Shown here piece by piece: positions 1 through 10,317 of a DNA stretch of 64,000 nt. The notes beneath the pieces are model-generated. The model did not search any database and had not been told where the DNA came from. It saw only the letters and a program-made list of their open reading frames with translations. Positions within the stretch are counted from its first letter, which is position 1. The number at the start of each line of letters is the position of its first letter. Both the position numbers and the translations under genes were made by a program. The stretch is from Cyanobacteriota bacterium (GTDB taxonomy: Bacteria > Cyanobacteriota > Cyanobacteriia > PCC-6307 > Cyanobiaceae). The stretch lies in the NCBI GenBank assembly GCA_046052125.1, contig JBJOMY010000004.1:279187-343186 (forward strand). Reading direction: 5' to 3'.

Positions 1-18
1 GCGGGAGGGCCTGATCTG

Positions 19-648
19 ATGCTTTTTGCCCTTGCTTACACGCCTGAAAAGGCGCCCATCGACCAGATCGCAGCTGGTCTTGGACCCAATGGCTTGCCCT
101 ACAGCCTGCCGATCCACCCCAACCTGGTGCACCTCACGATCGGCTTATTCGTGATTGCCATTGCCTTTGATGTGGTTGGAGCCCTCTATCCGTTGGAAAA
201 GCGGGTGTTCCGCTTTTTGGCGCTCCCCATTACCCGCGGCGGTTTTCACGATGTGGGCTGGTACAACCTCCTGGCCTGTTGTCTGGTTTCCTTTTTCACC
301 GTCGCGGCCGGTTTCTACGAAATGCTCACGGCCGTGCCCCTCCCTGGGGTGAAGAGCACGTTTGGTCTCGGTGGCATGACCACCATGCTTTGGCACGGCG
401 TTGGCGGCGTGTTGGTGCTGGCGGTGATTGTCGGCATGACGGTTTGGCGTGGCTTCCAGCGCTTCTTTTGGAGGCGTGACATGGGTCGTCAGGTGCAGTG
501 GCTGTATCTCGGTGTTGGGATCGTGATGTTTGCGGTCATTGGCCTGCACGGAACGCTTGGTGCCCAGCTCGCCGCTGAATTTGGTGTGCACATTGCTGCC
601 GATCAGCTGCTTCAGGCCGGCGCTGACTTGCATACGGCTCTGCCCTGA
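19..648 (+). CDS. DUF2231-family membrane protein (ARTO operon associated)
   Basis: 'PIHPNLVHLTIGLF' N-terminal motif, 4 hydrophobic helices, 'WHGVGG', 'GAQLAAEFGVH'; ATG overlaps an upstream TGA (17-19). Confidence 0.8.
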   Translation: MLFALAYTPEKAPIDQIAAGLGPNGLPYSLPIHPNLVHLTIGLFVIAIAFDVVGALYPLEKRVFRFLALPITRGGFHDVGWYNLLACCLVSFFTVAAGFYEMLTAVPLPGVKSTFGLGGMTTMLWHGVGGVLVLAVIVGMTVWRGFQRFFWRRDMGRQVQWLYLGVGIVMFAVIGLHGTLGAQLAAEFGVHIAADQLLQAGADLHTALP

Positions 649-660
649 GGAGATATCCCG

Positions 661-1599
661 ATGACGAGTTCCTCATCCCGTTCGATCAATGCGCCTGCGG
701 TGGCAGGTGTCAGCCTCTGGGTCGGCCTAACTGTGGTGTTCAGCCACTGGATGGGCCAACAGGCTCACCGCTGGCTGCCGGTTCAAGCGTCAACCGCAGC
801 CCCGTTGGTTGACGACCTCTTCAGCTTTGAGACGTCCATCGGCACCTTTGTGTTTGTCGGTGTGGTGTCGGTGATGCTGTGGGTGATGTTGTTTAACCGC
901 GCTGAGAAATACGACGACAGCGACGCCGTGCCGATCGAGGGCAACACGCGCCTGGAGATCATCTGGACAGCGGTTCCCTTCGTGTTGGTGATGGCGATCG
1001 CCTTCTACACCATTCGAGCGACCAGCGAGCTCGGTGTCTTAGGCCCGATGGAGCACATCCACCCTCGCAACCAACAGGAGGAGCTAGGCGGCTACCCCGG
1101 CGATCGTCTGCCTGCTGAGCAGGTGGAAGTGATTGCACGCCAATGGTCCTGGGAGTTTCGCTATCCCGATGGCAACGTCTCCTCCACGGAGCTCCATCTG
1201 GCGGTTGATCAACCAGTGACGTTCCGTCTGGTTTCAGAGGACGTGTTGCACGGCTTCTACATTCCGGCCTTCCGAATCAAGCAGGATGTGATTCCTGGTC
1301 GCGCGATCGATCTCAACATCACCCCCACACGCGAGGGTGTCTATCGCTTGCGTGACTCCCAGTTCAGCGGCACCTGGTTTGCTGCCAACCAGGCCGATGT
1401 GGTGGTGGAGAGCGATGAGGTGCATCGTGCCTGGCTTGAGCAGGCTGCGCGAGCTCCCCTGCAGCCAGGGTTGACGCTCGCTGTCTCTGAATACGCCACC
1501 CGTCAGGCCCGGCCAAATCCAGGTTGGGCGACTGTGCCGCCTGCTCCGCCCCCTCAGGTGAATGTGCCTGGTTCCCCCGATCAACCCCACGACGCCTGA
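661..1599 (+). CDS. ctaCII: Heme-copper oxidase subunit II, ARTO type (no CuA ligands)
   Basis: 'LEIIWT', 'ARQWSWEFRY', 'DVLHGFYIP..KQDVIPG'; CuA motif replaced by 'DSQFSGTWF'. Confidence 0.9.
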   Translation: MTSSSSRSINAPAVAGVSLWVGLTVVFSHWMGQQAHRWLPVQASTAAPLVDDLFSFETSIGTFVFVGVVSVMLWVMLFNRAEKYDDSDAVPIEGNTRLEIIWTAVPFVLVMAIAFYTIRATSELGVLGPMEHIHPRNQQEELGGYPGDRLPAEQVEVIARQWSWEFRYPDGNVSSTELHLAVDQPVTFRLVSEDVLHGFYIPAFRIKQDVIPGRAIDLNITPTREGVYRLRDSQFSGTWFAANQADVVVESDEVHRAWLEQAARAPLQPGLTLAVSEYATRQARPNPGWATVPPAPPPQVNVPGSPDQPHDA

Positions 1600-3275
1600 T
1601 GACCATCGCCACCTTCCCACCTGATCCCAAGCCGGAACCCGGCTGGAGCCGTTACTTCGGCTTCTGCACCGATGCCAAGGTGATTGGCATTCAGTACATC
1701 GTGACCGCCTTTTTCTTCTTTTTGATTGGCGGCTTGCTGGCGATGGTGATCCGCGGAGAGCTGATCACGCCGGAATCAGATCTGGTTGACCGTGCTGTGT
1801 ACAACGGCATCTACACGATGCACGGAACAATCATGTTGTTCCTGTTCATCTTCCCGGTGCTCAATGGGCTCAACAATCTGTTGATTCCCACCATGATCGG
1901 TGCGCCCGACATGGCTTTCCCCCGCCTAAACGCGGTGGCTTTCTGGCTGGTTCCCATCTTCGGCTTCCTGTTGATGGCCAGTTTTCTCGTGCCAGGTGGA
2001 CCGGCGTATTCAGGATGGTGGAGCTATCCGCCCGTGAGTATCCAGAACCCTGTGGGCCATCTCCTCAACGGTCAGGGTTTGTGGATTACGGCCGTCGCTC
2101 TATCGGGCGTGTCGTCGATCATGGGTGCGATCAATTTCGTCACCACGATCCTGCGGATGCGGGCTCCGGGGATGACGATCACCCGCATGCCTGTCTACTG
2201 CTGGACTGCTCTTGCGGCCCAGTCGTTGCAGCTGATCGGCCTGCCAGCTCTCACGGGTGGAGCGATCATGCTCCTGATGGACTTGAGCTTTGGCACCAGC
2301 TTCTATCGACCTGAAGGTGGTGGTGATCCAGTCCTTTATCAGCACTTCTTCTGGTTCTATTCGCATCCGGCGGTCTATGTGATCATCCTGCCGGTCTTTG
2401 GAATCTTCTCTGAGCTTTTTCCGGTCTATTCCCGTAAGCCCCTCTTTGGCTACCTGTATGTGGCTCTGGCCTCGTTCATCATCGTTGGCCTGGGCTTGAT
2501 CGTGTGGGTTCACCACATGTTCCCCAGTGGTGTTGCTCAGTGGATGCGCAATTTGTTCATGGTCACCACCATGCTGATCGCCGTTCCCACTGGCGTGAAG
2601 GTGTTTGCCTGGCTTGGCACGCTCTGGGGAGGCAAGATCCGGCTCACCACGCCGATGTTGTTCAGTCTTGGTGGGCTGTTCAACTTCGTTTTTGCTGGCA
2701 TCACCGGTGTGATGCTGGCAACTGTCCCGGTCGACATTCACGTGTCGAACACCTACTTCGTGGTTGGTCACTTCCACTACGTGATCTACGGCGCCGCTGT
2801 GATGGGGATCTTCGCTGCGATTTACCACTGGTTCCCCAAGTTCACTGGTCGGATGCCCTACGAGGGCCTGGGCAAGCTCCACTGCCTGCTCACCTTTGTG
2901 GGTGCAAACCTCAACTTCCTGCCCATGCACCCTTTGGGGCTGATGGGCATGCCTAGGCGAGTCTCCAGCTACGACCCTGAGTTCACCTTCTGGAATGTGA
3001 TCGCCAGCCTGGGAGCGTTCCTGCTTGGGGTTTCGATCATTCCTTTCCTGCTCAATATGGTGAGTTCCTGGATCCGTGGTCCTAAAGCCACCCACAACCC
3101 GTGGAATGCCATCGGTCTTGAATGGCTGTTGCCGTCACCGCCGCCGGAAGACAACTTCGGTGAGGAGGTGCCCACGGTGATTAGTCGCCCCTATGGCTAC
3201 GGCACCGGTGAGCCTTTGGTGGAACACCAGGCCGAGATTGAGCGTCGCCTTGAACTGCAGGAGGCTGCGGCATGA
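1599..3275 (+). CDS. ctaDII: Heme-copper oxidase subunit I (ARTO)
   Basis: 'TMHG', 'WFYSHPAVY', 'VWVHHMF', 'GHFHYV', 'GMPRR'; ATG at 1599 overlaps the subunit II stop. Confidence 0.95.
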   Translation: MTIATFPPDPKPEPGWSRYFGFCTDAKVIGIQYIVTAFFFFLIGGLLAMVIRGELITPESDLVDRAVYNGIYTMHGTIMLFLFIFPVLNGLNNLLIPTMIGAPDMAFPRLNAVAFWLVPIFGFLLMASFLVPGGPAYSGWWSYPPVSIQNPVGHLLNGQGLWITAVALSGVSSIMGAINFVTTILRMRAPGMTITRMPVYCWTALAAQSLQLIGLPALTGGAIMLLMDLSFGTSFYRPEGGGDPVLYQHFFWFYSHPAVYVIILPVFGIFSELFPVYSRKPLFGYLYVALASFIIVGLGLIVWVHHMFPSGVAQWMRNLFMVTTMLIAVPTGVKVFAWLGTLWGGKIRLTTPMLFSLGGLFNFVFAGITGVMLATVPVDIHVSNTYFVVGHFHYVIYGAAVMGIFAAIYHWFPKFTGRMPYEGLGKLHCLLTFVGANLNFLPMHPLGLMGMPRRVSSYDPEFTFWNVIASLGAFLLGVSIIPFLLNMVSSWIRGPKATHNPWNAIGLEWLLPSPPPEDNFGEEVPTVISRPYGYGTGEPLVEHQAEIERRLELQEAAA

Positions 3276-3856
3276 CCAGCACCACACTCTCGCAAGAAGG
3301 CCAGCATGAGGCCCATCTCAAGCACAACCTCACAGGGTTCATCATCTTCCTGTGCTCGGAAAGTGTGATTTTTCTGGCCTTCTTCAGTGGCTATGCCCTG
3401 TTGAAGACCAGTGCTCTTAATTGGTTGCCCGCCGGTGTGGATGGTCTGGAGTGGCGCACCCCGCTGGTGAACACCGTGGTGTTGGTGTCGAGTTCAGGCA
3501 CCATTGCGCTGGCGGAGCACTTCAAGGGCCGGGAGAACATGGCCTTGTTCCGCGGCTTCTGGCTGCTCAGCATGGCGATGGGCGCTTACTTCCTCTATGG
3601 CCAGGCCGTGGAGTGGAGCGGGCTGAAGTTCGGCTTCACCTCGGGCACCTTCGGCGGCACCTTCTATCTCCTCACAGGATTCCACGGATTGCACGTTGCC
3701 ACCGGCATCCTGTTGATGGGTTTGATGTTGATCAAATCCTTCATCCCTGGCAATTACAGCGGCGGTGAACAGGGTGTTCAGGCCACATCTTTGTTCTGGC
3801 ACTTCGTGGATGTGATTTGGATCATCCTCTTCTTGCTGATTTACGTGTGGCAGTAA
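3272..3856 (+). CDS. ctaEII: Heme-copper oxidase subunit III (ARTO)
   Basis: 'FYLLTGFHGLHV', 'FWHFVDVIW'. Confidence 0.92.
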   Translation: MTSTTLSQEGQHEAHLKHNLTGFIIFLCSESVIFLAFFSGYALLKTSALNWLPAGVDGLEWRTPLVNTVVLVSSSGTIALAEHFKGRENMALFRGFWLLSMAMGAYFLYGQAVEWSGLKFGFTSGTFGGTFYLLTGFHGLHVATGILLMGLMLIKSFIPGNYSGGEQGVQATSLFWHFVDVIWIILFLLIYVWQ

Positions 3857-3869
3857 ACGGAGCTGAATC

Positions 3870-5384
3870 ATGATTATCGACGACAACCATTACAACGTGA
3901 TCGTGATCGGCAGTGGTGCCGGTGGAGGAACCCTCGCCGGTCAACTGGCCCGCTCCGGCAAAACCGTTCTGCTGTTGGAGCGTGGTGGCCAACTGCCCCT
4001 CGTTGATCAGAACGTTGCTGATGTGGATCTGTTTCGCAAAGACCGCTATCACCCCGGTGAGCAATGGTTTGGGACAGACGGCGATCCCTTCTCTCCTCAG
4101 ACGGTGTATGCCCTAGGCGGCAACACCAAGATCTGGGGCGGTGTGCTCGAGCGGATGCGCGAGCGTGAGTTCAGCGGTCTGCCTCTGCAGGACGGACCTT
4201 CTCCCGGTTGGGAAATCAGCTATGGCGATCTAGCGCCTTACTACGAGCGGGCCGAAACGCTTTACCGCGTGCATGGCAAGGCCGGTCTGGATCCCACCGA
4301 GCCCGCCCGCACCGCTGGCTATGCCCATGGCCCGAAGCCAATCGAGCCGTTCATGCAGGAACTGCGCAGCAGCCTGCAGCGGCAAGGACTCCATCCCTAC
4401 GACCTGCCGATCAGTTGGTCGGACTCCCAGGTGGATCCCAGTGGAGATGCCGAGCTTTTTGGTGTTGAGTTGGCCCGGCAGGACTCCAACATTTGTGTGC
4501 GCGAACGTGCTCGAGTGCGTCGGCTGCATGTGAATCCGAGCGGCACGGAAGTGCGTGGTGTGGAGGCCGAAATCGATGGCAACCAGTGGTTGTTCACCGG
4601 TGATGTTGTTGTGCTGGCAGCCGGCGCGATCAACACCGCTGAACTTCTACTGCGTTCCGCCACTGAACATCACAGCCGCGGTTTGTCGAATGGATCGGAT
4701 CAGGTGGGCCGCAACCTGATGAAGCCGCAGCTCACCTCCGTGATTCAGCTGGCCGCCGAACCCAATTCCGGCCGCTACGGCCGAAGCCTCGGTATCACCG
4801 ATTTCTACTGGGGCGATCAGAACGTGAATTTCCCGCTGGGTTCGGTGGCCACAGGTGGTGGCGTGCTGCAGGACGCTCTCTTTGCCGAGTCGCCGCCGGT
4901 GTTGTCACTGGTGACCAAGCTGATGCCCAGTTTTGGTCTTGAGCAACTGGCCGCACGCTCGGTGGCCTGGTGGGCCATGAGTGCGGTGCGGCCTGACCCC
5001 CACAACCGCGTGACCCTGCGAGGTAACCACCTGCAGATCCACTACCTGCCGAACAACCGTGAGGCCCACGACCGCTTGGTGTACCGCTGGATCGACACCC
5101 TGAAGCAGGTGGAGAACGATCCCGAGTGCCATGTGGTGAAGCCTGCTCCCACCCACCCGCGGGGAGAAGCACCGCTCACGGTGATGGGCAGCGTTTGCGG
5201 GACCTGCCGGATGGGCTCCAATCCGGCCACATCGGTTGTTGATCTTCAGGGTCGCAGTCACGAGCTCAGCAATCTGTTCATCGCCGATGCGAGCATCTTT
5301 CCGAGTTGTCCTGCCGTTGGTTTTGGGCTCACGGTGATCGCCAATGCCCTTCGCATTGCTGATCGCGTGTTGGAGGTTCTGTGA
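3870..5384 (+). CDS. GMC-family oxidoreductase (degenerate active site)
   Basis: 'VIVIGSGAGGG' FAD motif, 'LGGNTKIWG', 'GTCRMG', 'NLFIADAS'; catalytic His absent. Confidence 0.85.
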   Translation: MIIDDNHYNVIVIGSGAGGGTLAGQLARSGKTVLLLERGGQLPLVDQNVADVDLFRKDRYHPGEQWFGTDGDPFSPQTVYALGGNTKIWGGVLERMREREFSGLPLQDGPSPGWEISYGDLAPYYERAETLYRVHGKAGLDPTEPARTAGYAHGPKPIEPFMQELRSSLQRQGLHPYDLPISWSDSQVDPSGDAELFGVELARQDSNICVRERARVRRLHVNPSGTEVRGVEAEIDGNQWLFTGDVVVLAAGAINTAELLLRSATEHHSRGLSNGSDQVGRNLMKPQLTSVIQLAAEPNSGRYGRSLGITDFYWGDQNVNFPLGSVATGGGVLQDALFAESPPVLSLVTKLMPSFGLEQLAARSVAWWAMSAVRPDPHNRVTLRGNHLQIHYLPNNREAHDRLVYRWIDTLKQVENDPECHVVKPAPTHPRGEAPLTVMGSVCGTCRMGSNPATSVVDLQGRSHELSNLFIADASIFPSCPAVGFGLTVIANALRIADRVLEVL

Positions 5385-8071
5385 TGGTTCTCTCCAGCTC
5401 CCTCCCGGGTGGTTCGGAACATCGCCGCATGGCGGAGCGGGATCACGAGCACGTTCCTTGGAATCGTTGGGGGAGTTACCTGCCTGAACGCCAGTGGGGA
5501 ACGGTCCGCGAGGACTACTCCGCCGATGGCAACGCCTGGGCCTCATTTCCCCACGACCATGCCCGCTCGCGTGTGTACCGCTGGGGTGAGGACGGATTGC
5601 TCGGCATCTGTGATGACCAGTGCCGCTTGTGTTTTTCCGTTGCTCTCTGGAACGGTGAGGACGCCATCCTCAAGGAGCGACCGTTCGGCCTTGCCAACGA
5701 AGAGGGCAACCACGGCGAAGACATCAAGGACTACTACTTCCACCTCGCCAATACGCCCACCCATAGCTTTATGCGGGGCTTGTACAAGTACCCGCAGCAG
5801 CGCTTCCCCTACCAGGAGCTGATCGACGAGAACCGGCGCCGGGGACGCGAGCAGCCCGAGTACGAGCTGGTGGATACGGGCATCTTTAACCAGAGCCGCT
5901 ACTTCGATGTGTTCATCGAATATGCCAAGGCTTCTCCTGATGACATCGCCATCCGGGTCCGGGCGATTAATCGCGGCCCCGACCCTGCGCCGCTCACCCT
6001 GCTGCCCACCCTATGGCTGCGGAACACCTGGAGCTGGGGCTATCCCGATGAGCACGCACAACCGATGCGCCTCGATGGCGACAGCGTGCTGGCTTCAGTG
6101 GGCGGAGGTTTAGGTGACTACCGCTTGCATGCGGCAGGTGGCGGTGAGTGGATCTTCACCGATAACGAAACCAATACGGAGCGTCTTTACCAGGAGCCCA
6201 ACCAGAAATCCTTCCAGAAAGACGGCTTTCACCGCTATCTCTGTGACGGCGAATCAACAGCGATTAACCCGGCCCAGCAGGGCACCAAAGTGGCTCGCCT
6301 GTTGCAACGCACCCTGCAACCCGGCGAGGAATGGCAGGTGGAGCTGCGGCTCGTGGGGCCGGAGAGTTCCCCTCCGCCACAACCTTTCGGTGCTGAGTTT
6401 GAAGCGCTCTTTCGAGAAAGGGAACAGGAATGGCACGACTTTTTTGAAACCATCGTCCCCAACCTCTCTGAGGACGACCGTCTGATCCACACCACTGGGT
6501 TAGCCGGTTTGCTCTGGTGCAAGAAGTATTACGGCTGGAGTGTGCTGCGCTGGCTCGATGGCGATCCCAACGCACCCACACCACCGAGCCAGCGCTGGCA
6601 TACCCAGAACGCGGCCTGGCAGCGCTTGCATGCCCATGATGTGATTTCCATGCCCGATGCATGGGAGTACCCCTATTTCTGCCAGTGGGACCTGATGTTC
6701 CATGCGGTGGCGTTCGCGATTGTTGATCCCGCCACGGCTAAGGAGCAATGCATGTTGCTGCGTTCGCCGCATTACACCGCACCGAATGCGCAGACGCCTG
6801 CCTATGAGTGGGCCCTCTCCGATCCCAATCCACCCATCGGTGCCTGGGCAGCGATGCGTGTGTTTCAGATTGAGCGAAAAGCCACCGAAGAGCCTGATCT
6901 CGGCTTCCTTCGCGCCGCCTTGCGCAAGCTGATCCTTGAATACGGCTGGTGGGCCAACCGCAATGACCGCTCCGGCGACAATGTGTTTGAGGGTGGCTTC
7001 CTCGGGCTCGACAATATTGCTGTCTTCGATCGGCGTTTCCCTCTTGCTGACGGCAGTCGGATTGAGCAGTGCGATGGCACGGCCTGGATGGCATCGCTCA
7101 GCCTCAACCTGCTCAATATCAGTGTTGAGCTGAGCCGGGAGGAGCCTGAGTATGCCGATATTTGTGAACGCTTCGTTTACGACTTTGTTCAACTCGCTCT
7201 CACGCTGAATACGGCGGGGAATCGCGGCTATGTGAACTGGGACGAGGAGGACGGCTTCTATTACGACGTGATCAAGCGTCCCGACGGCAGCAGCACTTAC
7301 TTGCGCTCGCGTTCGGTGTCGGGCTTGGTGCCGTTGCTTGCGGTGGCCAGTTTTGATGTGGATACGGTGAAACGGTTGCCGGTGTTGAATGTCTCCGAGA
7401 GCTTGAAGTGGTTCCTGCACGAGCGCACAAAGCCTGCCTGGCTGATCCACAACTTTGGTCAATGGCGCAACGACCGGCTGCTGTTCTCCCTGGTTCCTGA
7501 GGATCGCCTGCGCCGCATCTGTGAGCGCTTGTTTGATGAGGATGAGTTCCTCTCACCCTATGGCATTCGTGCACTCTCCAAGGTGTACGCCGACCACCCC
7601 TACACCTTTACCGAGGGGAGTGATAGTCAGACCCTGGCCTATAGCCCAGCCGATAGCCCGGTGCCGATGTTCGGTGGTAATTCCAACTGGCGAGGACCGG
7701 TGTGGATGCCGATCAATCACCTGTTGATCGAAGCGCTGCAGAAATTCGGCCACTACTACGGCGATACCTTCCAGGTGGAGTTCCCGACCCGTTCCGGGAA
7801 CTGGGTGAACCTCTGGGATGCCTCACTGCTGCTTGAACATCGGCTGGCCAACATCTTCCGCCGCGATGAACAGGGTCGTCGCCCGTTCAACGGTGAGGTT
7901 GAACTGTTCCAGAACGATCCCCATTGGCGTGATCTGATTCTGTTCAATGAGTATTTCCACGGTGATAACGGATCCGGTGTGGGTGCTAGTCATCAAACCG
8001 GTTGGACCGCCATGGTTTGCAAGATGATCAATCAGTTGAGCCGCTATTCCACTCCGTCCCAAGGCTCATGA
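5381..8071 (+). CDS. MGH1/GH63-like glycoside hydrolase (glucosidase)
   Basis: 'WGSYLPERQWGTVREDYS', 'SMPDAWEYP', 'GGFLGLDN', 'NSNWRGPVW', 'GASHQTGWT'. Confidence 0.85.
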   Translation: MMVLSSSLPGGSEHRRMAERDHEHVPWNRWGSYLPERQWGTVREDYSADGNAWASFPHDHARSRVYRWGEDGLLGICDDQCRLCFSVALWNGEDAILKERPFGLANEEGNHGEDIKDYYFHLANTPTHSFMRGLYKYPQQRFPYQELIDENRRRGREQPEYELVDTGIFNQSRYFDVFIEYAKASPDDIAIRVRAINRGPDPAPLTLLPTLWLRNTWSWGYPDEHAQPMRLDGDSVLASVGGGLGDYRLHAAGGGEWIFTDNETNTERLYQEPNQKSFQKDGFHRYLCDGESTAINPAQQGTKVARLLQRTLQPGEEWQVELRLVGPESSPPPQPFGAEFEALFREREQEWHDFFETIVPNLSEDDRLIHTTGLAGLLWCKKYYGWSVLRWLDGDPNAPTPPSQRWHTQNAAWQRLHAHDVISMPDAWEYPYFCQWDLMFHAVAFAIVDPATAKEQCMLLRSPHYTAPNAQTPAYEWALSDPNPPIGAWAAMRVFQIERKATEEPDLGFLRAALRKLILEYGWWANRNDRSGDNVFEGGFLGLDNIAVFDRRFPLADGSRIEQCDGTAWMASLSLNLLNISVELSREEPEYADICERFVYDFVQLALTLNTAGNRGYVNWDEEDGFYYDVIKRPDGSSTYLRSRSVSGLVPLLAVASFDVDTVKRLPVLNVSESLKWFLHERTKPAWLIHNFGQWRNDRLLFSLVPEDRLRRICERLFDEDEFLSPYGIRALSKVYADHPYTFTEGSDSQTLAYSPADSPVPMFGGNSNWRGPVWMPINHLLIEALQKFGHYYGDTFQVEFPTRSGNWVNLWDASLLLEHRLANIFRRDEQGRRPFNGEVELFQNDPHWRDLILFNEYFHGDNGSGVGASHQTGWTAMVCKMINQLSRYSTPSQGS

Positions 8072-8128
8072 CAATTGGGCGACAACCGCCTTAATTGTTT
8101 CTAGCTTGCGGGTACTGACGGTATCCCT

Positions 8129-9727
8129 GTGGACCTACTCCAGTCTCTCGGTCAGCTGCAGAAGCCCGAGGCCACCCATTTCGATGTGTTGATCATCGGC
8201 AGTGGTGCGGGCGGTGGAACGTTGGCCCGTGTGCTGGCACCAACTGGGTTGAGAATCCTCATCCTGGAGCGCGGCGACTGGCTCCCACAGGAAGCGCAGA
8301 ACTGGGATGCGGATGCCGTGTTCCAGAAGGGCCGTTATCTCTCCAAGGACATCTGGTACGACGGCAAGGGGAATCCATTTCAGCCCGGCACCCACTACTT
8401 CGTTGGTGGTGCCACAAAGATGTATGGCGCCCACCACTTCCGCCTCAGGCAGCGCGATTTTGAGGAGCTGGAGCACCACGATGGTGTTTCGCCGGCTTGG
8501 CCTCTGCGCTACAGCGATTTTGAGCCTTGGTATCAACAAGCCGAAGCCATGTATCACGTGCATGGCCTGCGTGGCGAGGACCCAACAGATCCGCCCAGCT
8601 CATCGCCTTATCCCCACCCGCCGATCTCTCACGAGCCTCGGATTCAGAAGCTGGCTGATGATCTGCGCAGTGCCGGGTTGCACCCGTTCCATGCACCCAG
8701 TGGGGTGATGCTCGATGAAAGCAACATGCCCTACAGCCGTTGCCGGCGTTGTAACAACTGCGATGGATTCCCTTGTCTGGTGCACGCCAAGGGGGATGCG
8801 GAGGTGTGCGGCGTGCGGCCGGCGCTTGCCGCCAGCGCCAATGTGTCGCTGCTCACCCGCGCTGAGGTGAAACGACTGATCACCGATGCTGCCGGCACCA
8901 CGGTGACTGGTGTTGACTTGGTGCGTGATGGAGAAAAGCTCCACTACTCCGCTGATCTGGTGGTGGTGAGCTGTGGTGCCTCCAATAGCGCCCGCTTGCT
9001 GTTGATGTCGGCGAATGACAAGCATCCGCGCGGCCTGGCCAACGGCTCTGATCAAGTGGGCCGCAACTACATGTTCCACAACAGCAAGGCGGCGGTGGCC
9101 CTCTCCCATGAGCCCAACCCCACCATCTTCCAGAAGACGATCTCGATCAACGACTGGTATTTCGGCGACGCCGACTACGACTATCCCATGGGAAATATTC
9201 AGATGACTGGCAAGACCCGGGGCGCGATCATGAAGGGCTATGCGCCGCTGGAAACCTTCCTGATGCCCAACTGGTCGATGGACCAGATCGCGGAACATGC
9301 GCTGGATTTCTGGCTCACCACCGAAGATCTGCCTGATCCCAACAACCGCGTCACGATTGATTCAGCCGGCCATATCCACCTGAACTACAAGGTGAACAAT
9401 CAAACCTCGGCCAATCGCCTCTGGGGCCGGCTCCAGGGCATTCTCGACAAGCTCTATCTGAAGAATCACCTGGTGGAACGCCAGATCTACGTCAAAAATC
9501 CGATGGGTTTGTCAGCTGTTGGTCACCAGGCGGGCACCTGCCGCTTCGGCACAGATCCCTCCACCTCAGTGCTCGATGTGAACTGCAAGGCCCACGAACT
9601 CGACAATCTCTACGTGGTCGATACCAGCTTCTTCCCCAGCATCGGCGCAGTGAATCCCTCACTCACGGCGATCGCCAATGCGATCCGGGTGGGTCATCAC
9701 CTCAAGGAACGGCTCGCGGTGTCGTGA
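8129..9727 (+). CDS. GMC-family oxidoreductase with Cys-rich (FeS-like) motif
   Basis: 'IIGSGAGGG', 'CRRCNNCDGFPC', 'GHQAGTCRFG', 'GAVNPSLT'. Confidence 0.9.
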   Translation: MDLLQSLGQLQKPEATHFDVLIIGSGAGGGTLARVLAPTGLRILILERGDWLPQEAQNWDADAVFQKGRYLSKDIWYDGKGNPFQPGTHYFVGGATKMYGAHHFRLRQRDFEELEHHDGVSPAWPLRYSDFEPWYQQAEAMYHVHGLRGEDPTDPPSSSPYPHPPISHEPRIQKLADDLRSAGLHPFHAPSGVMLDESNMPYSRCRRCNNCDGFPCLVHAKGDAEVCGVRPALAASANVSLLTRAEVKRLITDAAGTTVTGVDLVRDGEKLHYSADLVVVSCGASNSARLLLMSANDKHPRGLANGSDQVGRNYMFHNSKAAVALSHEPNPTIFQKTISINDWYFGDADYDYPMGNIQMTGKTRGAIMKGYAPLETFLMPNWSMDQIAEHALDFWLTTEDLPDPNNRVTIDSAGHIHLNYKVNNQTSANRLWGRLQGILDKLYLKNHLVERQIYVKNPMGLSAVGHQAGTCRFGTDPSTSVLDVNCKAHELDNLYVVDTSFFPSIGAVNPSLTAIANAIRVGHHLKERLAVS

Positions 9728-9754
9728 CGAGGTGATCAACGAGCTGGGGGAGGC

Positions 9755-10255
9755 TCACACCCCCAGCCACACCCGCAGGAGATCGTCGATCAGGAGAGTG
9801 TCGAGCGAGAGCAGACCGCCGCCACAGAAGATCAGCACCGCGCACATCACCACATACATCGCCGCTTTTTCCCAGCTGGGCGGTTCCCCCACTCCCATTG
9901 GGCCGGCGTAGTCGCCATCCGGGATCAGATAGGGATCGGCAGCGATAAAGGGAAAGCCGCTGCGAATCTCCAACACCATGGCGTAGGCCATCGAAACGAG
10001 AATCGCGAAGGACGCCAGCGGTGTGAGCAGACCCACGATCAGAGCGATGCCACCGGCCCACATCGAGCCTGCCGAGAGAAAACACAGCCACGCCGGCGTG
10101 TTCAGCATCTGCGCCCAGGTCTGCAGGTTGCGCAGCTTGGGCCAACCATGGCGAATAAAGCAGATCCCCATGAACAATCGCAGGATGAACAGGGCTGTTT
10201 GTGCCAGGGGGGATGGTGCCGCAGGCACCAACAACTCCACCACCGTGATGTCCAT
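9755..10255 (-). CDS. DoxX-family membrane protein
   Basis: 'LRLFMGICFIRHGWPKL', 'GLLTPLAS', 'GGGLLSLD'. Confidence 0.85.
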   Translation of the reverse strand: MDITVVELLVPAAPSPLAQTALFILRLFMGICFIRHGWPKLRNLQTWAQMLNTPAWLCFLSAGSMWAGGIALIVGLLTPLASFAILVSMAYAMVLEIRSGFPFIAADPYLIPDGDYAGPMGVGEPPSWEKAAMYVVMCAVLIFCGGGLLSLDTLLIDDLLRVWLGV

Positions 10256-10317
10256 CAGGATTGTTCGCGATGATGGCAACCTAGATGGGTTGCTTCATCC
10301 CTGCATCCCAGCTGTGA

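Noticed and set aside
1524..1598. Long N-terminal extensions in the ORF track (also 14234, 15289, 29966, 40950, 59339)
   Set aside because: They overlap neighbouring genes or precede the recognisable domain; downstream starts fit better
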